Assembly: GCF_046119375.1 (NCBI RefSeq)
Contig: NW_027362771.1
Coordinates: 396,490,001 to 396,554,000, forward strand
From: Phyllobates terribilis
Taxonomy: Eukaryota
Direction: 5' to 3'
DNA: 64,000 nucleotides
Part shown: positions 9,715-21,893 of the stretch, piece by piece
Layout of the letters: each line of letters starts with the position of its first letter
How positions within the stretch are numbered: the first letter of the stretch is position 1
Position numbers and translations under genes: made by a program
The notes under the pieces: generated by a model
Told to the model about the DNA's origin: nothing
Databases searched by the model: none
The model's input: only the letters and a program-made list of their open reading frames with translations

Positions 9715-12700
9715 TCCTCCTCCTTCACGCGGTGAGAGTGTTGAGCGGCTCCATACCGGTGAAACGCAGGGAGTTCTACCTCCTCCAGCTCTTCTGGGTC
9801 TTCGTCACCCTCAGGTAAGTGAGGCATTCTTGATAGGGCGTCCGCGTTGGCATTGGTTTTGCCTGCCCGGTACTTGATCACGAAGTCATAGTTGGAGAGA
9901 CGGGCCATCCACCGCTGTTCCAGGGCACCCAGTCTTGCATTGTCCAGGTGTGTCAACGGGTTGTTGTCCGTGTACACGGTGAACTTTGCGGAGGCCAGGT
10001 AATGCTTGAAGCGTTCCGTCACGGCCCACACCACCGCCAAGAATTCTAGCTTGAGGAGCTGTAATTCTCCGGGTTCCTCTCGGTGGGCCTCAGCTTCCGG
10101 CTGGCGTATGCGATCACCCGTTCTCTGCCCTGTTGGTTTTGGGACAGTACGGCTCCCAGTCCCACATTACTGGCGTCTGTGTGGAGAATGAAAGGCTGGC
10201 CATATTCAGGGTAGGCCAGGATCTCATCCCCCGTGAGGGCCATCTTTAGCTGGCGGAAGGACTCCTCTTCCGGTTTATCCCACTTGAAGGGTGGCTTTTG
10301 ACTTCTGGACTTAGACTGTCCGATCAGGAGGTCCTGCATAGGAGCTGCCATCTTAGTGAACCCGGGGATGAACCTTCGGTAGTAGCCTACCATCCCGAGA
10401 AACTGTCTCACCTCTTTGATGTTCGAGGGGCTTGGCCAGCTCTTAATTGCCGTGACCTTGTCAGGGTCGGGGGCTACTCCTTCCGCGCTTACCACGTGCC
10501 CTAGGTACTGGACCTTTGGTTTCAGCAAGTGACACTTCGATGGTTTCACCTTCAGGCCATAGCCTGTCAGGGCTTCGAACACCTCAGCCAAGTGCTTCAG
10601 ATGGTCCTCGTAGGTCTTCGAATAGACGATCACGTCGTCCAGGTAAAGGAGGACCGTCTCGAAGTTTCGGTGCCCTAGACAGCATTCCATCAGCCGCTGG
10701 AAGGTCCCTCGTGCGTTGCAGAGCCTGAAAGGCATGCAGTTGAATTCGCTCAGTCCCATCGGGGTGGTGAAGGCGGTCTTCTCCTTGTCAGTCTCTGCCA
10801 CAGGAACCTGCCAGTACCCGCTAGTAAGGTCCAAAGTAGAAAAGAAGTTAGCTGATTTTAGTGCGGCTAAAGACTCTTCTATTCTAGGCAGCGGATATGC
10901 GTCTTTGTGGGTGATACGGTTGATTTGTCTATAGTCGACGCACATTCTCATGGTGCCGTCTTTCTTTTTCACCAGAACCAAGGGGGCTGCCCAGGGGCTA
11001 CAGCTGTCTCTAATGACCCCAGCTTCTTTCATCTCTCTTAGCATGCCCTTTGCGTTCTGATAATGTGCAGGGGGTACAGGTCTGTGTCTTTCTTTTATCA
11101 GTGGGTGGCTCCCTGTGGGGATGTGGTGTTCTATCCCCTTTACTCGGCCGAAGTCTAGCGGGTGCTTACTAAAGACTCTCTCGTACTCCTGTACCACCCG
11201 GTAGACTCCTTGTTTTTGGTGCAGGGGAGTGGAGTCAGCACCCACATGGAGTTTCTGGCACCAGTCCTCCTTTTGTTTCTGGGAGCCATTACCCTCCGCC
11301 TGTGGAGATGGAGGCAAGGGTTCCACGGCCCTGATAGCTTTGTGTTCGACGACAAACAGTTTGGCGAGTGTAGCGTACCTGGGTAAGTGTACTTCCCTCT
11401 CCCCAATGTTGAGGATGCGGACGGGCACCCTCCCATGACGGACATCAACCACCCCCCGGGCTGTCAAAATGGTGGGCCTGCTGTCTGAGTACAAGGGTTC
11501 TACCATGGCTTGGTAGTCTCTACCTCTCAACCCGATTGCAGTCCGACACCAGATCATCATTTCACTTTTGGGAGGCATGGAAATGGGGAATGGGTCACGC
11601 AGTCTTACGCTACCGATCTCACCACCAGACAGTTCTACCTGCTGCCGTCTCATCAGGGCTTTTATCTCCTTGTTGAGGACTCTCTGTTGGCTGGAACTAG
11701 CATTCACCGCCACCTGTTGTAGAATTACAATTACCTCTGAAAGACAATTTTCAATTACGTTAGTACCCACAGTTATTTTAGGGTGACTTTCACGTCGGTC
11801 AATGTCCACAATAATTACTCCCTGTGCCGGTAGTTCAACTTTACCAATTTTTATGGTCATCTCCTTGAACCCCATCTGCGGCACGGGTAAGCCATTACTG
11901 GCGATGATGCTCAAGTTACTGTCTGGATACCGTGTGATATCAGCATCAGTCCAATACTGCTTAAAAAGTACATAAGGGATAGTGGTTACTTGCGACCCAG
12001 TATCCAGCAAGGCGCTCATGGGGATACCGTCCAGCACCACAGGTAAAACCGGGCGCCCCCCAACGTACTTATTACGCCAATTGTAAGGGCCTGTTGATCT
12101 TATGCCTGGGGGTTGGCCCTCTGCCCCAGGTTGGACCCGTTTAAATTACAGTACCTGGAAATGTGTCCGGGCTGGTTGCATCGACGGCAAATGGGCTGTC
12201 CATCCTCTGCATAGCGGTCTGTGGGCCTCCCTCGGAACGACGGGATCCTCCTCTGTCGACGCCACGGGACATCCTCCGGACTTGAAGCCAGCTCGATGGG
12301 TCTTGACGGGTCCACTTGCAACGCCTGAACGGTCCTGGTCAACGCCGCAACGCTCCTGGTCAGCTCCTGGACTTGGTGGTGCAGGTCTTTCGACGGGGCT
12401 TGGTTCAGGGCCTGTGCATCAGCCCCCACGGGGTCCATAGAGGAGGGCGCCGCCTCCTGGTGGTAGGAGCACCCTTATGGCCCTGTCCTTAAATTGGGCA
12501 AAGGTCAGGTCGGGGTTCTGAAAGAACATGAGGCGCAGTTCGGCCCTGTGGGCGCTAGACAGCAGACCTTCTATGAATTGTTCTGTTAGCAGCTTATCCG
12601 TTTCCTGCACACTGCCAGGGTCAGTTTGTTGAATAGCCCTCAAGGCTTCCTGCAGATTTAGGGCATAGTCTCTGATGCTGTCCTGAGCCCGCTGCTTACA

Positions 12701-13042
12701 TCCATAGAACCTCATTTTAATTTCAGCGGAGGTACGTGTGTCAAAGGTACCCCGCAGCCGGGCCAGAATACCCTTCACAGTCCTTTTCTCCTCAGTGGGC
12801 CATGATTTTACCTCCCTTTGGGCTGCGCCAGTTAACTGCCCTGTTAGTATGCTGACCTTCTGTTCCTCTGTCAGGGGGTAGACTTGGAACAAACTGTACA
12901 GCCTTTCCTTAAAGTCAGTTAGGGCATGGGGCTCCCCTGAGTACTTGGGCAGCCAGGCCGCTCCAGGGATGTAGGGCAGGGAAAAGGACATCACCGCTGC
13001 TGCAGCTGCGTTGGTGGTAGTGGGCGCCTCTGTGTCCGACAT
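9715..13042 (-). pseudogene. gag-pol pseudogene of Gypsy C
   Basis: ORF pieces 12419-13042, 12100-12438, 10046-12040 and 9715-10040 are homologous to the 1688-aa ORF of B. Confidence 0.9.
12105..12145 (-). promoter_or_regulatory. -1 ribosomal frameshift signal (T TTA AAC, 8-nt spacer, 7-bp stem) at the gag/pol junction of C
   Basis: The heptamer is in the gag frame (aaT TTA AAC). The -1 frame continues FKRVQPG...LLDTG. CCTGGGG/CCCCAGG stem with a 12-nt loop. Confidence 0.8.
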
Positions 13043-13439
13043 CTTCCTCCCCCCTAGTTAAGCGTGGCCTACCTTCCGACGATCCTCTTCTGTAGGCCGC
13101 GGCTCCGCTGCTGCGGCTCTGGATTAGGACCTTGCGTCGCGTCCTGATGACGTCAGCGTCGCTCTCTCTCCCTTCCAGGTCCTTGCGCAGCGTCGGTGCG
13201 TGGGGCGGAGCTTCGGATCTCGCGCGGTTTGGACGTCCACGACCCTCTTCTTCCCGCGCGGCGTCCTGAAGATGGCGTCCGATGGCGGGAAAACGGCTGA
13301 AGATGGCGGGAACCGATGGAAGATGGCGGGAGACGGCTGGAAATGGCGGGAACCGGCTCCGGATGGCAGGAAACCTCTTTTCAGGTAAGTGCAAAGTCTC
13401 TTTCAGGCACGCAATACCCGTTTGTGGCGGGTTGGTTGC

Positions 13440-13458
13440 AATCCTGCCGACTACGCCA
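13440..13458 (-). promoter_or_regulatory. Primer-binding site, tRNA-Ser
   Basis: TGGCGTAGTCGGCAGGATT is complementary to the 3' end (AATCCTGCCGACTACG-CCA) of vertebrate tRNA-Ser. It lies a few nt from the LTR. Confidence 0.88.
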
Positions 13459-13462
13459 AAGC

Positions 13463-14504
13463 TGACTCGCCCCCTGGGCCGTGGGGCGCTCGGATCCGGG
13501 CAATAGGGGAACGATGGGAGTAATAGTGGCAACCCGGTTCCGTGGCTCAGGGTGGTCAGGCCAGTGGTAGTCCGTTATGCGCTGATGATTATGTCCTACT
13601 ACGCCACCCGTGGATTTGCGGTCATTAGGAACCGCCGCTGCAAGGCAGACCGCTGGGGCTGATGATGTATGCAGCTGGGATGGTGTGACTCCCCACGGGA
13701 AGAGTGCGGCCCCAGGGCAGTGTAGTGGATGTTGGGAGTGATGGTAGTGAGAGTCCCAGTGCTGATAGTGCTGGAGGAGCAAGGAGCACGCAGACAACAG
13801 GTTGCAGTCCAGGGTCTTTACTAGAACAGGTAAATTGACCCACAAACAGTCCCAGCTAGGAGGGGACCTGGATGTCTGAGAGCAACGGGGAAATTGGCCC
13901 TGGTCAGGGTGAGGGTGTAGGCCTACCGAGCTTTCTGCGCTCCTTCTGGCTATCTCCTCATTATATGGTAACAGCCCACGTTTCCGAGCTTTCCGTGTAT
14001 TCTCGCCTGTATGGCCTGCGACGTGGGTTCCTTTCTGCTCCCAGCCTTGTACGGCTTTACTGGTCCCTTCGGTTGTGGCAGGGCCTCCAGGCTTCTTAGG
14101 CCAAGGAATATACAGTCCCCTGCGAACTGGTTATCTGCTGGAGAATGTGGAATCCTCCCAGCCTCAGACACCAAAGTCTGGTAAAGTAAGTCTTTTATCT
14201 GCCAAGACAGGCTCTCTTCGCCTCTTGTCTCTGGCTTGTGGCTCTCCTCCTGCCACACTTCCTCATAGGTGCAATACAACTTTCTGTCCCTGCTCTGCTC
14301 TGGGACACGTCTCAGTCCTGAGACAGGCCATCAAGTTCTCTCTAACCCTGCCCCCAGTACCAGCTTTTATAGGGGCAGCCAGCTCCCCCTACTGGCCTGA
14401 GACAGGAGGCATTGCATGCTAATGTTCCCCTGACTAGAGAACCTCCCCCTTGCTCTCAGACACAGCTTTAATTACACTTGTGGCATCCAGGCCAGGGTGA
14501 CACA
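13463..14504 (-). repeat. 5' LTR of Gypsy C (U3 type W)
   Basis: TGACTCGCCCCCTGGGCC...GGGTGACACA. The U5 side is homologous to the other LTRs; the U3 side is unrelated to types X and Y. Confidence 0.88.
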
Positions 14505-14585
14505 GACTCATCGGATATCCTTTTAGAGCGTGCAGGATGGGAGCAAGCTAGAGAAGAATTGGATGTGAGACAAGTGGTGACTTAA

Positions 14586-14862
14586 GGCGCTGCGATGCAA
14601 CACCCTAGCAGGTAAATGGGGATATTGAGCCTCCATATCATTGTTTTTAGAGAAGGTCTCTGTAACCTGTGGTGATGGAAGGCGCTGCTATGCAACACCC
14701 TGGCAGGTAAATGGGGATATTGAGCCTTCATACCAGTGTTTTTGGAGAAAGGTCTCTATAACCTGTGATGACGGAAGGGGCTGTGATGCAATGCTACACC
14801 CTAGCAGGTAAATGGGGATATTGAGTCTTAATATCAGTATTTTTAGAGAAAGATCTCTGTAG
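14586..14862. repeat. Tandem repeat, ~96-bp unit x3
   Basis: GCAGGTAAATGGGGATATTGAG occurs three times. Confidence 0.85.
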
Positions 14863-14864
14863 CC

Positions 14865-15570
14865 TCATTTAAACCCCGTGGTTTCAGTGTGTCCAGTTTG
14901 TATATCATCTATCCAATTGACTCAGTGATAGGGATATGGGCAATGTTGGATGCATATGCATACACTTGCATATGCATACACTTGTCAGTGTTTCACTATA
15001 AATATAAATTTTTCTACAATTATGTCTTCCTTGTTAGTACCATCTTATAATTATATCCTTCTTAAAAAGGCAGCTAAACAACGTCCACCAGTTATCAGAT
15101 ACTTCCACGGTCTAGAAGTACTGACCATGGATGTTGTCTTTATATGGTATAGGGCACAAAGAGATAACAGGTTTGAATCATCATACACAAAAAATTCTTT
15201 TATTTTTACATCACGGAACATATGTAGAAGACTTTTCAATCTTTATTTAAATTTTATACAATTCTCATTACTTTTTTATAATTGTTCTCTTAATGACGCT
15301 AATAGACACACTTTTTTAAGGAATATGTAAAGGTTTAATTTTTAAATGAAAACAGTTGCTGGTGCCTTGGCGCCAGTTTTTTTCACTTTCCATGTGAATA
15401 TACATTCTCTGCTGTTAACATCTCTTAAGCTATGAACTTGATGAAGTGGACGGGATGTCCACGAAACGCGTCTGTTTTTAGCTTGTCAAAAGAATAAATC
15501 CACAACACAAGTCCTGGATTCTGTATCATCTGTTCTAACGGAGGAGCGCGGAACTACCGACATCTGTCAT
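14865..15570. mobile_element. Penelope-like element remnant (ORF C-terminus and terminal repeat)
   Basis: Minus IYKLDTLKPRGLNE at ~14870-14915 resembles the PLE GIY-YIG C-terminal motif. A hammerhead-like motif lies at 15425-15486. Confidence 0.5.
15425..15486 (+). ncRNA. Minimal type I hammerhead ribozyme-like motif (variant core)
   Basis: TTGATGA-A, stem II GTGGAC/GTCCAC, then GAAAC-GCG-TC with palindromic ACGCGT. Stem I is AAGCT..AAC/GTT..AGCTT. Confidence 0.6.
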
Positions 15571-16000
15571 CTTTTCCTTTATGTTGTTAACCACCAAGGT
15601 TTGGTGTCTCCAGCAGCCCTCTGTTACGCTCAATATATGAGTTCTGCATGACACAACCCCGCAAGATAAGCATATTTTCACTTATTTAATTTTGTTTGCC
15701 TGGGTAACAGCACTATTGCGCCCCCATTATCATCTCTTTATAGAAACTTTACATTGTAGCATCCGTTCCCACCACCTTTATCCTGCCACTATACCCCACT
15801 GTTCTGTAAGGCCAATGACACCTCCTTTTTCCATCTAAATCCACCGCATTCATCTCTTGCTGAACTAATATATTCTATTCCTATTAGATCCCCTTGCACC
15901 AGGTATAGCTTCCCACATGTGATAGGCTGGAGGTTACTGAAATGGTGCATGGTGTGGAGCTACCGTGGGGTAAGTACAGTTACTATGAAATATAACCGTC

Positions 16001-16813
16001 TGTGACGACACAGCTTTACACCTTTATTGTTAGGTTGACTTTTGAACTTGTGATCTTCTTTGGTTGCTCAACACAGCTAATTGTTTGTATAAGCCTGAAT
16101 GCTGATCACTTGAGGTGATATTGGTAATTGATGAATGGCTGTTATTCACATCTTATATCAGCTCTTACAAAGTAACATCTGCCAGTTTTGCAATACAGGT
16201 ACTCTGAACAATGGATGTTTGCTAGATATGTTAAATACAATTGTAGGGTGTTTGCTAGCCAACATTGAGGGGATGAGCTGTGGATATTCAAGCATTGTGA
16301 ATTAATATCATGATCCCTGACCCTTGACCTGTGAATGATGGCTTGAAAGCACAAATGTGAACTATAAAAAGGGGGTCTCTGTGTCTGTTCTGGGAAATTC
16401 TACAGGATGTCAACCTAAGGGACCACAGCCCTGGTTGGAAAATAACTGGAAAATAACTGCTCCATTGACCATTGCTGAACTCTCAGATACGATTTGAAGA
16501 ATCCAGGTTGGGAAAATCAGGTCACCTGGACACATATTACACTGCCCAAATCCTGGCAAGCCAGCGGAAGGGTGAGTCTCTGTAATTTGCCCCATCTTGT
16601 GTAGTTGTTGAGACTGTTTTATATGTTATTGATTGCTGGTGGTTCAATAAATTATTGCCACACTGTTTACCATCACCCTGTGTTGTCTGAGTAATTTTCT
16701 ACCCATGGTAAAAGAGAGTGGGCGTTCAGTGGTATGAGCCCTTGTCCATGCAATCTTTCTAAAGACCACCGGGCCAGCGGACAAGAGCACCCACTGACCC
16801 CCGTGTTTTCACA
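16001..16813 (+). mobile_element. Probable solo LTR of an unrelated family
   Basis: TGTGAC...TTCACA termini, TATAAAA ~16363 and AATAAA ~16647. No clean TSD was found. Confidence 0.5.
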
Positions 16814-17254
16814 CTGTTCTCTACAGGATCTGTGATATGCAGGGACTTTAATGGAGGAGACTACACTTGGGTTACAGAGCAGTAGCTGATGATGTTCGCC
16901 CTATCCCATGTACAACATGTAATTGATGATGCGGTGCATATTGGGGCAGTGACATTGGTCTGAGAAATCCATATGAAAGATGGCCATAACATCACTGTCA
17001 TGATGGGAAAGAATCGTCAGCGAGATGATGTGACTCAGCTTCCCGCAAAAAAAAATCGATTTAACTCTTAATTCCCTGCCGTTTGTAACATTCACTACAA
17101 CAGTCCAAAATCAAAATAATAGTGACAGCAGAATGAACAGAATATAAAGAATACACCGACACAATGAATAGAGTTCATTAATTTTTATTCTTATCTATTA
17201 TCCAATTTAGTTTTATTTAATCATCCAGTGCCATTTTTATATTTGCTGCATAAA

Positions 17255-17350
17255 AAGGATGTGAACCTGAGGAAGGCAAAACAACCCCATATGTGGGGAA
17301 AAATTCTTTCCTGACCCCACATACTGGCGATCAGCTAATCCCTGGTTCAC
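17255..17350 (-). mobile_element. Possible CR1 LINE 3'UTR fragment
   Basis: GAGGAAGGCAAAA...GGGGAAAAATTCTTTCCTGACCCC resembles frog CR1 3' ends (recalled, not searched). Confidence 0.35.
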
Positions 17351-17499
17351 GGCAGTGTCAGCTCTGGATGGGGCCCTGTCACACCTTTACATGGAATATT
17401 TCATACATATCTAATATATATGTTTGTCTTATTTTTATTTTTAGACAATTTAAAGCATATGTCTAACTAAGGGCAGCTTACACTGGTTGATTATTGAGA

Positions 17500-18570
17500 A
17501 TTGGTGCTTCTTTCCTATACTTATTATTACATACCTATGCTTATCCTTTCTTACATAAACTTTTCCTTACTTACCTATGCTCATCCTTTTTTATTTTTTT
17601 AATTGAATGCTAAATATAGTTATCCTTTTTTAACAGTACTTATCCTTTTTTACCTATACTAATTCTTTCCTATCCATACTTCTCCTTTTTGTCTATACTT
17701 TTTTAATTACATTTTAAATATGCTTCTCCTTTCTTACCTATATTTTTCCTTTTTTAATTATACTTATCCTTTCTTAATTCTACTTACTTCTAATTATCCT
17801 TTTTTACCTATACTTATCTTTTTTACTTATACTCTTATCCTTCATTACATATACTTACATATACATTGCCTTTATAATATATATTTATGCTTTTTTACTC
17901 ATACCTATCCTTATTTACCCATATTTATCATTACTTACCTATGCTTATCCTTTTTTTATTGATCGGATGTTAGATATACTTATTCTTTTTTACCAGTAAT
18001 TATCCTTACATATACTTATATTTTCTTACCTAGACTAATCCTTTCCTGCCTATATTTTTATTTTAACTAGACTGATCTTTTTTTTCCTATACTTATCTTT
18101 TCTTACCTATATTTAGCCACACTTATCCTTTTTACTTCTGCTTATCCTTTTTTATGCATACTTATCTTTTGTTACCTATGCTTATCATTTCTTTCCTGTA
18201 TTTATCTATACTTATCATTTTTTCCTATATTTACCTATACTTATTCTTTCCTACCTATATTTACTTATAATTTTTTTTTGCCCTTTCTTATCCTTTCTTA
18301 CCTATACTTATCATTTTTACTTATACTTATCCTCTCTTACCTATATTTACCTATTCTTATAATTTCTTACCAATACTTACCTATAGTTATTCTTTCTTAC
18401 CTATATTTATCTTTTTTTTCCTATACTTATCCTCTTGTACCTACACTTATCCTTACTTATCTATTCTTATATTTACCTATACTTTGTTACCTATACTTAT
18501 CTTTTCTTATCTTTTCTTACTTATACTTATTCTTTCTTACGTATTTTTATCTATATTTATCACTTATAGT
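17500..18570. repeat. Degenerate pyrimidine-rich low-complexity repeat (CTTATCCTTTTTTACCTATA-like)
   Basis: Recurring CTTATC/ACCTATA motifs; G is nearly absent on the plus strand. Confidence 0.9.
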
Positions 18571-18666
18571 TATCGATGCAGAGGTTCCTGATGATGTTGG
18601 ACATCCGATCTTCTGCTCTTCTCTGCATGATCTTCTGGAAGCTCAGGTATGCAGCTTGCTCTGATA

Positions 18667-18696
18667 TTATTGAGCCGGTGTCTTGTTGAGGGTTTT
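18667..18696 (-). pseudogene. Candidate terminal coding exon of the kinase gene (KTLNKTPAQ*)
   Basis: TTTTCATTTGTCAACTAG acceptor followed by a short frame, downstream of the 20292 exon. The linking exon was not identified. Confidence 0.3.
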
Positions 18697-20291
18697 CTAG
18701 TTGACAAATGAAAACCCTCTGAACACGGTCTGGTCCTCTAGTGTTATAGATAATGTAGCCTCTGCCGCTTGGATCTTGTCAAGCTTAAAAGCATGGAACT
18801 TTGGTTTAGGCTTTGTTGGCTATAGAAAAGTTGCAGAAAAAAGTCATGGTGAAAATTGGTGACTAATTAAAATAGTCTTGACTTGAAGTATAGAAAAAAA
18901 ATTGCTCAATATTAAGGAACGTTTTGAAATGTAAATGTACTATTGTAGAGACAAAACCATCACAACAAGCATTGCAGCTCAAGTTTAGTCATTCAGTGCG
19001 ATTTATCCATTTACTTCCAGTTATTTGGGTATTTTGCTTGTCTTTGGTTTTTCTCTGTCTAGTGGCCTTATGTGAACATGCATTTACATTTTGCATGCAC
19101 ATCAATTTACGTTTCAGTTCAGACGTTTCAGGTTTCAGGTTTTTCCTTTGTAGTTTAGTGTGCTTTAGTGCATATAAGGCTGTGGCTGCCCTTTGTCTGA
19201 GCTGAAAGGTTCATTCTGCCTCTCAGGTCTATGTTTCTACTAGGGGTTCAGTCTCTCTGCCCTTATCCATATGTATGTCACTTGACAAATGGTAAGGTTT
19301 CAATATTAGAGTTAGGACTGTCCCATAAGGGTTACTGTGACGTGGTGGGATGGCTTTTACATTATTTTGATCAAAATTATGTTAACTAAATACCCTTTAT
19401 TAATTATCATTATTTTTGCACTGTGCGATTTATCCATTTACTTCCAGTTATTTGGGTATTTTGCTTGTCTTTGGTTTTTCTCTGTAAATGTAATATTGTA
19501 GAGACAAAACCAGCACAACAAGCATTGCAACTCAAGTTTAGTCACTTCAGTGAGCTGCAGTGCCACTAATTATCTCTATGTCCAATCATACTCCTGTCTC
19601 ATCATATATAGGATGCAGAATTATTTTCAGGTAATAGGCAATAGCTTAAGTATGGTTAGAATGAGAAGTTTTTAAATAAGTACAATCTGTACTTATATCA
19701 CTTCAACGCTGAACACTTTGATTTGTTAACAGACTCTTCCAAATTGGGACAGCTCCATCAGTTCTGTTTTTTGACAAAATTGGTTCATATTTGTTGTTTT
19801 ATTTTTCTTCTGGTCAAAATCAGAAATGGAGACTATAAAAAGGATAATTATTATTGAAAAATGCAAACTAATTTTCTTTAGATTCACTTCCATGTCTGCC
19901 TGAAAAATTCTCAAAACATTGTGGTCCTTATGGAGAACTCATTTCAAATTTTTGTAGCCAAGGATCTTCTCTATCTCCAGCTACAGATGCCTATGCAATT
20001 CTTTTGCCAGATTAAATGACTTGCACCTGACAGAACATATAACTAGTTAATTGTATGAGTATAGCCTGAAAAAGAGTCTGAAAGAAGTGCAATAATATAG
20101 ACTACACATGCAGCATTAATAAATTACATTTTCCAGCCCGATCGTCTATAATAGTAATGTAAACATTAACGTAGTCCAAATTATTTTCCAACCCTGACAT
20201 TAAACACAATGTATCACAGAGCCAAAAGCCTAGAAGATTGTGGGAGAGTATCTTATTCAGATCCATGTGACAATTCTGTACATATACTTAC

Positions 20292-20561
20292 TACATGGAT
20301 GTATGGTGGGGCCATCCTAAGGGCTTCCACTGAGACCCAATCAATTCGCTGGAAGAAGGGGTGTTCTCGGATGTTACCATTGACTCCTAATCTCTGGACA
20401 GGATCTTCCTGGAGGAGCTGTTCAATGATGTCCTTGGCACCGGAGGATGATTCATCAAAGAGTGAGGGATGGTAGTTACACTCACTGGTAAGCATTTCGT
20501 TTAAGATGACTCCAAACGAATACCAGTCTACTCCGGCGTTATACTCCTCCTTGTCCATGAT
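20292..20561 (-). pseudogene. PKC-delta-like kinase exon (subdomains IX-XI)
   Basis: CAG|ATC acceptor and GTA|GTAAGT donor, 270 nt, phase 0-0. Encodes IMDKEEYNAGVDWYSFGVILNEM...KDIIEQLLQEDPVQRLG...HPFFQRIDW. Confidence 0.9.
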
Positions 20562-20808
20562 CTGCCATAGAGAAGCATTATTAGTAGTGCTACCTCTTGT
20601 ATATCACCGTTCTTACATGTCACTCATATTGTTATGTGATTCTATATTGAATGACAGTAAGTCTTACTACTTAAGCAAGAGACAAAAAGGGTCTTTCATA
20701 ATTATGCTCCATAAATTAAATTAATAAATGATATGAAAAATCAGAATGAATGTAATATATACGATTGTGACAACGCTCAGCTCAGTGTGCTACCAGCTCA
20801 AACTTTAA

Positions 20809-21893
20809 CCCCTTCAAAATCGGGTGATTTTCAGTTTTTCCTCCCTTCTTACAAGAGCCATAACTTTTTTATTTTTCCATCCACATAACCGTATGAGGGC
20901 TTGTTTATTGCAGCATGAGCAGTAGTTTTGAATGACGCCATTCATTTTATCATGTGATGCACTTGAAAGTGGTAAAAAAATTCCAAGCATGTTAAAATTG
21001 CAAAAAAAGTGCAACTTTACAATTTTTGTTTTATTTACCATGTTAACTATATGGTAAATCTGACCTGGCAATATGATTATCCAGGTGAGTACAATTACGC
21101 AGATACCAAACACATGATGACATTTTTATTGATATCATTTTGAGGCAGATACAATGTTTTGATCACCTTTTATTGCATTTTATTACAATGTTGCGGCAGC
21201 CAAAAAAAATTAATTCTGGTGTTTTGATTTTTTCTTTGTTACGCCGTTTACTGATCAGATTAATTTTATATTTTGAGTGATCAGACTTTTACAAACACAG
21301 CAATACAGAGATACCACATATGTGTATTTTTATTTTTTTTTAATTGTTTTATTTTTAATGGGGCAAAGGGGGGGTGATTTGAACTTTTCTGTATTTTTTA
21401 GTTTCCTTATATTTTTAAAAACATTTTTTCTACTTTTTTTACTATATTTATCAGTTCCCTTAGGGGAATTGAAGCTTTGACTGTCTGACTGCTGATGCAC
21501 TGCTATGTATAGCTAAAATTACAATCTCCTATGAATGCCAGCTAAACGCTGGATTTCACAGGAGTACTGTCATGACAAGCACGGAGATCTTCAGCGACCC
21601 CCAAATGTCATGGTAACCCATCAGCACCCCATGATCATGTCAGGGGCGCACCGATGGGCATGTAGAAAAACGTGCCCCCACCCCCAGCGCATGTTAAATG
21701 CCACTGTCAGAGATTGACAGCGAGATCTAACATGTTAATGGCTGCAGGCGGAGTAGTGTTACACCAGCAGCTGTTAAAGATTAAATCAACCATCATCCGC
21801 AGGAAAAGATGCGGGCTCGGCGTGCGACCTCGCATCAAAGGCAGGGAGGGACATGACATATGACCGACATGTATGCCATATGTCATGAAGGGG
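20809..21893 (-). mobile_element. Non-autonomous TTAA-specific (piggyBac-like) element
   Basis: TTAA|CCCCTTCA...TGAAGGGG|TTAA. Its interior is the reverse complement of the element split at 40348/54304. Confidence 0.7.

Larger units (their letters stand above)
9715..14504 (-). mobile_element. Ty3/Gypsy retrotransposon C, 3'-truncated and frameshifted (5' LTR, PBS, gag, PR, RT, RH)
   Basis: LTR 13463-14504 and PBS 13440-13458. Gag is split by a frameshifting deletion (12419-13042 / 12100-12438 with CRRCNQPGHISRYC). Pol has LLDTG and YLDD, with a frameshift at ~10046. Integrase is absent. Confidence 0.93.

Noticed and set aside
13144-13150. CTGATGA hammerhead-like core (also in the Tc1 at ~50480)
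   Set aside because: No downstream stem II or GAAA. It is explained by the CRE overlap here and by the SDES codons at 50480.
17720-18664. Hydrophobic Leu/Tyr/Ile-rich ORFs resembling membrane proteins
   Set aside because: Translation of G-poor low-complexity repeat.
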